Assembly (NCBI GenBank): GCA_031425655.1
Contig: JANPJS010000140.1
Coordinates: 1-64,000 of the forward strand
From: Abditibacteriaceae bacterium
Lineage (GTDB): Bacteria; Armatimonadota; Abditibacteriia; Abditibacteriales; Abditibacteriaceae
Reading direction: 5' to 3'
Length of the DNA: 64,000 nt
Below are positions 27,727-36,440 of the stretch, in pieces (position 1 is the stretch's first letter; every line of letters starts with the position of its first letter). A program made the position numbers and the translations under genes. The notes under the pieces were generated by a model. The model made no database searches and was not told where the DNA came from. It was given only the letters and a program-made list of their open reading frames with translations.

Positions 27727-30597
27727 ATGAATAAGTTCGTTTTTTCAACCCTGATGCTTCTTTCGAATGTTGTCGCTGCACCTGCCGCGCCGCCGGCGAA
27801 CACAATCCCTCTGGCCGGAACGTGGCGTTTTCGACTTGACCCTGAGAACGCCGGCGTGACAAAGAAATGGTTCACCGAAAAGTTGGAAGACTCGGTGACG
27901 CTACCCGGCACGACCGACACCAACCAAAAAGGCGTGCTCAAGGACGAGCGTGAGGTGGATCGGCTTTCGCGGGTTTGGTTTTGGAAAGGCCCCGCCTGGT
28001 ATCAGCGCGTCGTCGAGATTCCCGATTCATGGCGCGGCAAGCGCATCACCTTGCTGCTGGAACGCACCAAAAACACGCGGGTGTGGGTTGACGACAAGGA
28101 CGGCGGTGCCGACGACACCCTCAGCGCCCCGCAACTGTTCGACCTGTCCCGCTCGCTGACGCCGGGCCGTCATGTCATCACCGTTTTGGTGGACAATGCC
28201 AAGCTGCCTCCCGTCGGCCCGGCGCACGCCGTGGACGAGCGCACCCAGACGAATTGGAACGGCATCATCGGTCGTCTGGAATTGCACGCCACCGACCCGG
28301 TGTGGATTGAAGACGCGCAGGTTTATCCCGACGCGGCCACAAAGCAGGCCCGCGTCCGCTTGGTGGTAGGCAACATCACGGGGCAGCCGGCGAAGGGAAA
28401 ATTAGTCGTCGGTTGCCGCAGTTACAACGTGGCCAAGCCTGCGAATTTCGCCGCGCAATCGGTCGAAGTGAACGCTTCGGAGGCGCGTAGCAGCGTCGAG
28501 TTCATCTATCGTCCGGGCGCGACAGTGCCGCTGTGGGACGAGTTTGGGCCGGCCATGCTGCGGCTGAATTTGCAGTTGGCCACCGCCGTCGGAAAGCAGG
28601 CATTCGCCGACGAGCGGGCCGTAAGCTTTGGAATGCGCGATTTCAAGCGCGACGGGCAACGCCTTGCCATCAATGGCCGCACGGTGTTTCTGCGCGGTCG
28701 CCTGGACTGCGCCAACTATCCGCTGACCGGCTTTGCGCCGATGGACAAGGCCGGTTGGCTGCGGGTGCTGGGAATCCTCAAGGAATGGGGGCTTAATCAT
28801 GTGCGCTTTCACTCGTGGTGCCCGCCCCAAGCGGCGTTCTTAGCAGCCGATGAACTGGGGATGTATTTGCAGGTCGAGATTCCGAACAAGCGCAGTGCGT
28901 TCAAGGCCCCGGAGAGCACCGACGCGCCGAAGCGCAACATTGATTATCTCGATGTCCCCGGCGCCGACCCGAACGCTTCGCTTTACGATTACGCGCTGCG
29001 CGAAGCCGAGTTGATTTTTCGGCATTTTGGCAATCATCCGTCGTTTGTCATGTTCACGCTCGGCAACGAACTTGGTCGCAACCCGGCGATGTATGAGCTG
29101 GTGGCCCGCTTTCAAAAACGTGATCCGCGCCACCTTCATGCGCAAGGCGCGAACAACATGCACTGGCAGCCGAGTTATGCCGAAGGCGACGACTTTTGGG
29201 TGACGGGCAAAACCGGCAAAGACCTGCCGGTGCGCGGCTCGTTCTTCGCGGGCGATTTTCCGGGCGGCGGCTACATCTACAGCCAAGCGCCTTCGACGCT
29301 GGTTGATTTTCGCGATTCCATCAAAGACGTGCCGGTGCCCGTAATCGGCCACGAAACGGCCCAGTTCGCAGTAACGCCCGACTTTCGTGAAATTCCCAAA
29401 TACACCGGAGTGCTAAAAGCTCGGAATCTCGAAATTTTCCGGCAGCGCCTTCAGGACGCCAAGATGCTTGATCTCTCGCACGATTTCATGCGCGCTTCGG
29501 GCGCACTCGCCGCCATCTGCCAGCGCGAAGAAATCGAAGCCGCCTTGCGCACACCCGGTTTCGGCGGTTTTCACCTGCTCGATTTGCAGGATTTTCCCGG
29601 TCAGGGAACCGCCCTCGTGGGAATGCTAAACGCGTTCATGGAGTCCAAAGGCATTATCACGCCGGAGGAAAGGCGGCAGTATTGCTCCGAAACCGTGCCG
29701 CTGCTCTTGATGAAAAAATACGCCTGGACAACGGACGAAACCTTCGCCGGAGAAATAAAAATCGCCCACTACGGCGCGGAGGATTTGCGAAACGTCCGCG
29801 TGAACTGGTCGCTGCTCGACGGCAAAACGCCCGTCGCATCGGGAACGCTGGGGCCGCTGACCATCAAACAGGGCGCTCTATCGTCCGCCGGGCAGCTTCG
29901 CGTCCCTTTGGCAAAAGTCAAAGCACCTCGCCAGATTAAATTCACGGTCGCCATTGCGGGCACCAAATATCGCAACACCTACGACCTGTGGGTTTATCCG
30001 CCGTTGGCAGAGACCAAAGTTCCCGCAGGCGTTTTGGTGGCCAAACAGCTCCATGCGGCGGCGCTGAAAACGCTGGCTGAGGGCGGCAAAGTCGTGCTGT
30101 TTTCGCAGGACACCGACCCCAAGCGCACCGTGGGCGGAGCCTTCCCGACCGATTTCTGGTGCTGGCCGATGTTTGCCAAAGCCTCCATCGCGCAAAAAAT
30201 CGAGCCGGCGCCGGGCACGCAGGGTTTTATCTGCGACCCGAAGCACCCGGCGTTAGCCGAGTTCCCCACGCAGTTCCACAGCAATTGGCAGTGGTGGCCC
30301 ATCGTCAAAAATTCGCGGCCAATCATCTTAGACGAAACCCTGGCGAATTACCGTCCCATCATCCATGTGATTGATAACTTTGCCCGCAATCACAAATTGG
30401 GGCTGCTTTTCGAGTTCAAAGTGGGGCAGGGCAAGCTGCTGGTCTGTGCCAGCGATTTGCCCGCGCTTGCGGCCCATCCTGAGGCGCGTCAACTGCTGCA
30501 CAGTTTGATGCGCTACGCGGAGTCGCCAGCCTTCGCTCCGCAAACAGAAATCGAAGACGCATTACTCAAGAAACTGCTGCCAAGCGCAACGCCGTGA
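27727..30597 (+). CDS. Glycoside hydrolase family 2-like protein
   Basis: LAGTWRFRLD; NWNGIIG; NHVRFHSWCPP; NHPSFVMFTLGNE; PVIGHE. Confidence 0.82.
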   Translation: MNKFVFSTLMLLSNVVAAPAAPPANTIPLAGTWRFRLDPENAGVTKKWFTEKLEDSVTLPGTTDTNQKGVLKDEREVDRLSRVWFWKGPAWYQRVVEIPDSWRGKRITLLLERTKNTRVWVDDKDGGADDTLSAPQLFDLSRSLTPGRHVITVLVDNAKLPPVGPAHAVDERTQTNWNGIIGRLELHATDPVWIEDAQVYPDAATKQARVRLVVGNITGQPAKGKLVVGCRSYNVAKPANFAAQSVEVNASEARSSVEFIYRPGATVPLWDEFGPAMLRLNLQLATAVGKQAFADERAVSFGMRDFKRDGQRLAINGRTVFLRGRLDCANYPLTGFAPMDKAGWLRVLGILKEWGLNHVRFHSWCPPQAAFLAADELGMYLQVEIPNKRSAFKAPESTDAPKRNIDYLDVPGADPNASLYDYALREAELIFRHFGNHPSFVMFTLGNELGRNPAMYELVARFQKRDPRHLHAQGANNMHWQPSYAEGDDFWVTGKTGKDLPVRGSFFAGDFPGGGYIYSQAPSTLVDFRDSIKDVPVPVIGHETAQFAVTPDFREIPKYTGVLKARNLEIFRQRLQDAKMLDLSHDFMRASGALAAICQREEIEAALRTPGFGGFHLLDLQDFPGQGTALVGMLNAFMESKGIITPEERRQYCSETVPLLLMKKYAWTTDETFAGEIKIAHYGAEDLRNVRVNWSLLDGKTPVASGTLGPLTIKQGALSSAGQLRVPLAKVKAPRQIKFTVAIAGTKYRNTYDLWVYPPLAETKVPAGVLVAKQLHAAALKTLAEGGKVVLFSQDTDPKRTVGGAFPTDFWCWPMFAKASIAQKIEPAPGTQGFICDPKHPALAEFPTQFHSNWQWWPIVKNSRPIILDETLANYRPIIHVIDNFARNHKLGLLFEFKVGQGKLLVCASDLPALAAHPEARQLLHSLMRYAESPAFAPQTEIEDALLKKLLPSATP

Positions 30598-30636
30598 AAC
30601 GACGCCGGTGGAACGAAAATGAAGTCCTCACTGACC

Positions 30637-32010
30637 ATGAAACCTATCCTCACACTCCTCACCGCCGTTTTACTCGCGCCGCTGGCCATTCTGCACGCCG
30701 CCGATTCGGGGAAGCAGCAGCCGAACATCGTCTTCATCATTTCGGACGATCAGGGGTCCGGGGACTATGGCTTCATGGGGCATCGTCAAATTCAAACGCC
30801 GCATCTCGACAAACTCGCCGCGCAGAGCCTCGCCTTTCCGCGCGGGTTTGTTCCCACCAGCGTTTGTTCCCCCAGTCTGGCGACCATTATCACCGGGCTG
30901 TATCCGCATCAGCACAAGGTCACCGCCAATGATCCGCCGCTTTCTTCGGGTTCCAAAGACAAGGGCGGACGCGGCTCGTCCGCAGAGTTGACCGCGCAGT
31001 GGAATGGCATGCTCGACCGGGTGCCCACGCTGCCGCGGTTGCTCGCGGGTGCTGGTTATCGCAGCTTGCAGACGGGCAAATGGTGGCATGGCGACTTTTC
31101 GCGCGGCGGCTTTACGCACGGCATGACGCAGGGCAGCCGTCACGGCGATGCGGGCCTCACCATTGGCCGCCAGGGCCTGCAGCCGGTCTATGATTTCATC
31201 GCCGAATCGCGTCGTCAGCAAAAGCCCTTCCTCGTGTGGTATGCGCCGTTCATGCCGCACACGCCGCACACGCCGCCAGAGCGATTGTTCCAAAAATACG
31301 CGGCGAAAACCGACTCACCGCACGTGGCGCGCTACTGGGCCATGTGTGAGTGGTTCGACGAAACCTGCGGTGAACTGTTGGGGCACCTCGACCGCGAGAA
31401 ACTCGCCGAGAATACCATCGTGATCTACGTGACGGACAACGGCTGGATTCAATCGCCAACGACGGCGACGTTTGCGCCCAAGAACAAAACCACGCCTTTC
31501 GACGCTGGACATCGCACGCCCATTTTAGTGAGGTGGCCCGGACGCGTTGCGCCAGCCAAATCCGCCTCAATGGCATCGTCCATCGACATCGTGCCCACAG
31601 TGCTCGCCGCGCTTGGATTACCAGCGCCGCAGGGACTCAAGGGCATCAATCTGCTCGACTCCAAAGCCGTGCAGTCGCGCCAGCATGTCTTTGGCGAGGA
31701 CTTCACGATCCGTTCGCAAACCCTGGATGATCCGGCTGCTAATATCCTGTGGCGATGGGTCACCGATGGCCGCTGGCGACTCATTCTCCCGCGCACCTTT
31801 GAAGCGGAAGGCGCACTGAAGACGATCCTGGACGACAAATATCTGGGGCCCGACCTCAGGGCCACACTCCAATTCGCGCAGCCGATGCTCTACGACCTGC
31901 AGGCCGATCCGCATGAGGAGAGCAACATCGCCGGTGCGAACCCCGAAATTGTTGCCGCTCTCCGCGCGAAACTCGATGCTCATTGGACTCCCAAAATCAC
32001 CACGCCATGA
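30637..32010 (+). CDS. Sulfatase (S1-like) with variant CSPSL motif
   Basis: PNIVFIISDDQ; TPHLDKLA; CSPSLATIITG; GKWW; TDNG; LYDLQADPHE. Confidence 0.88.
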   Translation: MKPILTLLTAVLLAPLAILHAADSGKQQPNIVFIISDDQGSGDYGFMGHRQIQTPHLDKLAAQSLAFPRGFVPTSVCSPSLATIITGLYPHQHKVTANDPPLSSGSKDKGGRGSSAELTAQWNGMLDRVPTLPRLLAGAGYRSLQTGKWWHGDFSRGGFTHGMTQGSRHGDAGLTIGRQGLQPVYDFIAESRRQQKPFLVWYAPFMPHTPHTPPERLFQKYAAKTDSPHVARYWAMCEWFDETCGELLGHLDREKLAENTIVIYVTDNGWIQSPTTATFAPKNKTTPFDAGHRTPILVRWPGRVAPAKSASMASSIDIVPTVLAALGLPAPQGLKGINLLDSKAVQSRQHVFGEDFTIRSQTLDDPAANILWRWVTDGRWRLILPRTFEAEGALKTILDDKYLGPDLRATLQFAQPMLYDLQADPHEESNIAGANPEIVAALRAKLDAHWTPKITTP

Positions 32011-33506
32011 ACAAAATCATCTCTCTCGTCCTCGCCTTCGCTTTCATCTTATCCGACCCTTCCCACGGCGCGGATAAGCGCAGGCCGAATATTCTCTTCA
32101 TCCTCGCCGATGACCAGGCCCCATTCGACTTCAAATTCCACAACCCGCAATCCACCTTGGATTCTCCGAATATCGACCGCCTTGCGTCCAGCGGGATGAT
32201 CATCGACTCCGCCCATCACATGGGTTCCTTCGTCGGCGCGGTCTGCACGCCCTCGCGCCACATGATCATGAGCGGCCGCACCGTTTGGCACCTGCCAATC
32301 GGTCCCGGTGCGGAGAAGTGCCCGGCCAAACTTGAAGACAACACCATCGGACCCGTCTTCACCCGCGCCGGATACGCCACCATGCGCACCTGCAAAAAAG
32401 GCAACAGCTATACCTCTGCCGACAAGCTTTTTGACGTTGTGCACGACGCCACCAAACGCGGCGGCACCGCCGAAACCGGCAGCGCCTGGCACGCCGAACG
32501 CGTGCTTGATTATCTCGGCGAACGAAAGGCGAAAAAGGACGAACGCCCCTTCTTCATCTATCTGGGCTTTTCTCATCCCCACGACGAGCGTGATGGCACG
32601 CCGGAACTGCTCGCGAAATACGGAGCCACCAACCACAGAGATCCATCAACCGCCCCACCCGCTCATCCCAAGCAACCGCCCCTTCCGCCGAACTGGCTGC
32701 CCGCCCATCCCTTCGACAACACCGAAATGAACGTGCGCGATGAAGTGGCAGCCAGCGGCGTGTGGAAACGCCGCGACGAAGCGACCATCCGCAACGAGAT
32801 CGGCCGCGAATACGCCTGCTCGGAAAACATCGACATCCAGATCGGCCGCGTCCTTGCGCGGCTGGAGGAAATGGGCGAACTCGAAAACACCTACATCTTT
32901 TACACCGCCGACCACGGCATCGCCATCGGACGTCACGGCTTGCAGGGAAAACAAAATCTCTACGAACACAGTTGGCGCGTTCCGATGATCGTCAAAGGCC
33001 CCGGCATCAAGCCCGGCGTCCGCGCTCCAGGAAACATTTACCTCAGCGACCTACTCGCCACTTTTTGCGACCTCACCGGCATCACTCCTCCGGATACCAG
33101 CGAAGGCACCAGCTTCAAGCCCGTGCTTTTCGGCGAAAAACAAACCATTCGCGACACTCTCTACGGCGTCTATCACGGCGAGGCGAAACCCGGAATGCGC
33201 AGCGTAAAACACGGCGATTGGAAACTCATCGAATACGCATCCAGGACCAAGGACGTCCCGGTAACTCAGCTTTTCAACCTTAAGGAGAATCCTTACGAAT
33301 TCCTGAGCGAACACCACGAACCCAAAGTCGCTGCGATCTCCGGAGCAGCACCCACGATGAATCAGGTGAATCTCGCCAAGAATCCCCAACACGCCGCCAA
33401 ACTCGCGGAAATGCGCGCACTGCTCCTCGCCGAGATGCGCCGCCTCGACGACCCTTGGCGTTTTTCCAACCAACCCAACGACGGCTTGACTTTCCCCAAG
33501 CGATGA
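32007..33506 (+). CDS. Sulfatase (S1)
   Basis: PNILFILADDQ; CTPSR; ADHG; GKQNLYE. Confidence 0.9.
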   Translation: MNKIISLVLAFAFILSDPSHGADKRRPNILFILADDQAPFDFKFHNPQSTLDSPNIDRLASSGMIIDSAHHMGSFVGAVCTPSRHMIMSGRTVWHLPIGPGAEKCPAKLEDNTIGPVFTRAGYATMRTCKKGNSYTSADKLFDVVHDATKRGGTAETGSAWHAERVLDYLGERKAKKDERPFFIYLGFSHPHDERDGTPELLAKYGATNHRDPSTAPPAHPKQPPLPPNWLPAHPFDNTEMNVRDEVAASGVWKRRDEATIRNEIGREYACSENIDIQIGRVLARLEEMGELENTYIFYTADHGIAIGRHGLQGKQNLYEHSWRVPMIVKGPGIKPGVRAPGNIYLSDLLATFCDLTGITPPDTSEGTSFKPVLFGEKQTIRDTLYGVYHGEAKPGMRSVKHGDWKLIEYASRTKDVPVTQLFNLKENPYEFLSEHHEPKVAAISGAAPTMNQVNLAKNPQHAAKLAEMRALLLAEMRRLDDPWRFSNQPNDGLTFPKR

Positions 33507-33602
33507 CAAGCCACGCAAAGAAAAATAGCCCGCCAAACCCGCTCGATATCACATGAAGTAGCTACCATCATCCGCCATGGCTGTATCGCTCACCCACACA
33601 CC

Positions 33603-35087
33603 ATGAAACATCTCATCCTCCTTACCGCCCTGCTGCTTTTACCTCTGACCTCGCTGCGCGCCGCTGACGCGCGAGCCAAACAGCCTAATGTGCTGTTCAT
33701 CGCCGTGGACGATCTCAATCACTGGGTCGGACACCTTGGCCGCAACAAACAGACGAAAACGCCGAACCTCGACCGGCTCGCAAAGCTGGGCGTGAGCTTT
33801 GCCAACGCCCACTGCGCCGCGCCGGTTTGCAATCCTTCGCGCGCCGCATTGCTCAGCGGCAAGCGTCCGTCGGTCACGGGCGTTTACGACAACGGGCAGC
33901 CGTATGAAGCGGCCATCAAAGCCGGCGATTCGCTGGTGATGCAGTTCAAAAACGCGGGCTACGAAACGCTTGGCATGGGCAAGCTGTGGCACGGCGGGCT
34001 GGGTTTTGCCGAGCAATGGACGGCGACCGGCGGCAGGGAGCGCGGCGGCGACCACGGCGCCGCGAAAGTGAACGACCGCAGCATCGGTGGCATTCGTTTT
34101 GGCGCCATCGAAGGCGGCGATGAGGCGGTGCCCGACACGCAAATCGCCGACTACGGCATCGCGCAGCTTCGCGCAAACCACGACCGGCCCTTTTTTCTTA
34201 CGCTCGGTTTTCACAAGCCGCATATGCCGTGGAACGTGCCGCAGAAGTATTTCGATATGCACCCGCTGGCTGGCATCGAGCTGCCGCCAGTGAAGGCGGA
34301 CGATTTGGCCGACATTCCGGCGGCGGGCCTGAAAATGGCGAAGGCTGCCGGCGACCACGCGGCGGTCATCGAGTCGGGCCGCTGGAAAGAAGCGGTGCAG
34401 GCGTATCTCGCGGCGATTTCCTATCTCGATGGTCAAGTGGGCCGCGTGCTGGATGCTCTCGAAAAATCACCGCACCGCAACAACACCATCATCTGCCTGT
34501 GGGGCGACCACGGCTGGCACCTCGGCGAAAAAGAGCACTGGCGGAAATTTGCGCTGTGGGAGGAAGCCACGCGCGCCCCGCTCATCTGGGTCGTGCCGGG
34601 CGTCACGAAAGCGGGCGGCGTGTGCAAAGCGCCGGTGGATTTTATGAGTGTCTACCCGACGCTGTGCGACCTTGCCGGCATCGCCAAACCCGCGCACGTC
34701 ACCGGCCAGAACATTCGCCCGCTGCTCGCCGACCCCGCCGCCGCGTGGCCGCACGCGGCGCTCACCACCTTCGGACGTGGCAACCACGCCGTGCGCACCG
34801 ACCGCTGGCGTTATATCCGCTACGCCGACGGCAGCGAGGAACTCTACGACCACAACGCCGACCCGCTCGAATGGACCAACTTGGCCGCGAAACCGGAACA
34901 CGCGGAATTGAAAACCGCGCTGGCGAAACATTTCCCCGCCGCGAATGCGGAAGCGCCCGACCGGAAGAAGGGTGCGCGACGAGGCGCAAAGCAGGCCGAG
35001 CAGAAACCCCGATTGAAATCGGGGTCTACAAATACAAAGCCGACCTTCGTCGGCTGGAGATTTAGTCCGCGAAGGCGGACTTCGTAA
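33603..35087 (+). CDS. Sulfatase (S1, iduronate/choline-sulfatase-like)
   Basis: PNVLFIAVDDLN; CNPSRAALLSG; GFHKPHMPW; WGDHGWHLGEK. The 3' end runs into a REP element. Confidence 0.9.
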   Translation: MKHLILLTALLLLPLTSLRAADARAKQPNVLFIAVDDLNHWVGHLGRNKQTKTPNLDRLAKLGVSFANAHCAAPVCNPSRAALLSGKRPSVTGVYDNGQPYEAAIKAGDSLVMQFKNAGYETLGMGKLWHGGLGFAEQWTATGGRERGGDHGAAKVNDRSIGGIRFGAIEGGDEAVPDTQIADYGIAQLRANHDRPFFLTLGFHKPHMPWNVPQKYFDMHPLAGIELPPVKADDLADIPAAGLKMAKAAGDHAAVIESGRWKEAVQAYLAAISYLDGQVGRVLDALEKSPHRNNTIICLWGDHGWHLGEKEHWRKFALWEEATRAPLIWVVPGVTKAGGVCKAPVDFMSVYPTLCDLAGIAKPAHVTGQNIRPLLADPAAAWPHAALTTFGRGNHAVRTDRWRYIRYADGSEELYDHNADPLEWTNLAAKPEHAELKTALAKHFPAANAEAPDRKKGARRGAKQAEQKPRLKSGSTNTKPTFVGWRFSPRRRTS

Positions 35088-35113
35088 CGGTAGACCCCGA
35101 TTTCAATCGGGGT
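35006..35113. repeat. GTAG-type REP doublet (REPIN-like)
   Basis: Perfect 24-bp inverted repeat accccgattgaaatcggggtctac / gtagaccccgatttcaatcggggt; each arm is palindromic, with two internal hairpins between them. Confidence 0.88.
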
Positions 35114-35187
35114 CACGCACGTTCATGGCCCCAGATTCAGAAACGCTACTCATGGCGGCTGTCAATCGGCAGAGACAAGAAAACCCG

Positions 35188-35259
35188 CCACAATTTAACG
35201 ACATGAAAAACTTCAAACACCCCGCCGCCAGAACCACTATCGCTCTGGCCATCGGCAGC
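35188..35259 (+). repeat. Degenerate direct repeat DR4, copy a (copy b at 36426-36497)
   Basis: Shared leader ccacaattt...gacATGaaa; first 19 codons 40/57 identical without gaps. Confidence 0.65.
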
Positions 35260-36360
35260 ATCGCTTTGCTGGCGAGTGCCGTCCGCAGCCAGCCGGTGGC
35301 CAACAAGACGCCCCGGCTACAACTGGAATTGGTGAAGACCGAACCTGTCCCGGTCATCGGGGCCAATCATCCCGACGTCAAGGACATACCTGCCGGATTT
35401 GAGGCGGGCACCACCGTAAAAGCCACGATTGACGGCAAAACTGCCTACCACATGGTCTCCACGACAATGGAAACTTTCGGCGCCACGCGCTGGGCGGATA
35501 TGCGGGCAGAACACTGGATATCCGAAGACGGAACCACATGGAAAAGGCACAAGATTTTGTTCCGTCCGGGCAAGAATCCAGAGACGGGAATGTGGGAGTT
35601 GACCGGCAGCCCGTTTTTCTATTTCGATGAAAAAGCCGACCGCTGGTTTGTCTATTTCAATTTCATGGCCTACGAGCGCCGCAGCCCTTGGAACACCCCA
35701 ACGCTGCTGCGCCGCGCCGGAGCCAAAGCCAAAGGACTGGCCGGAATCTACGGCGAGTTCGACTACCCCGGCGAGATCGTCGCGCCCAGTGGCATCGCCC
35801 ATCCGACCGATGCTGCAGCATCCAGCATCAGCCCGCCGTTTCAGGCCGCCGACGGGAAATGGTATGCGTTTTTAGGCGGCGGCCCCAAGCCCTTCAATGA
35901 CAAATCGGGACGTTGGTGGGTGTTAATCGTCAAGGCAAAAGGGCCAGAAGGGCCGTTCATTTATATGCCGGAGCACGCCCCAGAGCCGTTTATGAATCCG
36001 ACGGGTTTCGTGGAAAATCCGTTGATAACCAAAATCAAAGGGCCCGTCACCGGCAAAGAATACTGGACAATAGCCTTCAACTACCTCAAGCCCGAAGTGA
36101 CAACCAACAAGAACTCGCTGATTGGCTTTAGCTGTTCATTGGACGGCTTGAAGTGGCCTGTCGAAAACGCCCAGCTTATAGACATGGACAAAGGGCTGCC
36201 CGCCGGAACAACCCCGTGGTGGCGCTGCATCCGCGTGCCGCATCAACTCGCCGACGAGGGGAACGGGTTGTATACCTGTTTTTTCTCCGCGTATGACAAA
36301 CAGGGCGAGTTTCAAAGCATCGGCAAAGCCACCTTCCGGGTAAAAGAGATCGTTGAATAA
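35203..36360 (+). CDS. Secreted protein, possibly beta-propeller glycoside hydrolase
   Basis: Signal peptide; SEDGTTW and SLDGLKW Asp-box-like motifs; GPEGPF; ENP. Function tentative. Confidence 0.5.
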   Translation: MKNFKHPAARTTIALAIGSIALLASAVRSQPVANKTPRLQLELVKTEPVPVIGANHPDVKDIPAGFEAGTTVKATIDGKTAYHMVSTTMETFGATRWADMRAEHWISEDGTTWKRHKILFRPGKNPETGMWELTGSPFFYFDEKADRWFVYFNFMAYERRSPWNTPTLLRRAGAKAKGLAGIYGEFDYPGEIVAPSGIAHPTDAAASSISPPFQAADGKWYAFLGGGPKPFNDKSGRWWVLIVKAKGPEGPFIYMPEHAPEPFMNPTGFVENPLITKIKGPVTGKEYWTIAFNYLKPEVTTNKNSLIGFSCSLDGLKWPVENAQLIDMDKGLPAGTTPWWRCIRVPHQLADEGNGLYTCFFSAYDKQGEFQSIGKATFRVKEIVE

Positions 36361-36440
36361 CCCGGAAGCGACGCGCTGAATCGCGTGCAACAGGCCGAGT
36401 GACCTCGTCGGCAAAAACCGGAAAACCACAATTTTTTGAC

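Noticed and set aside
33480..33530. Possible frameshifted sulfatase tail (alternative frame PSDDKPRKEK*)
   Set aside because: It affects only a few terminal residues and cannot be distinguished from chance.
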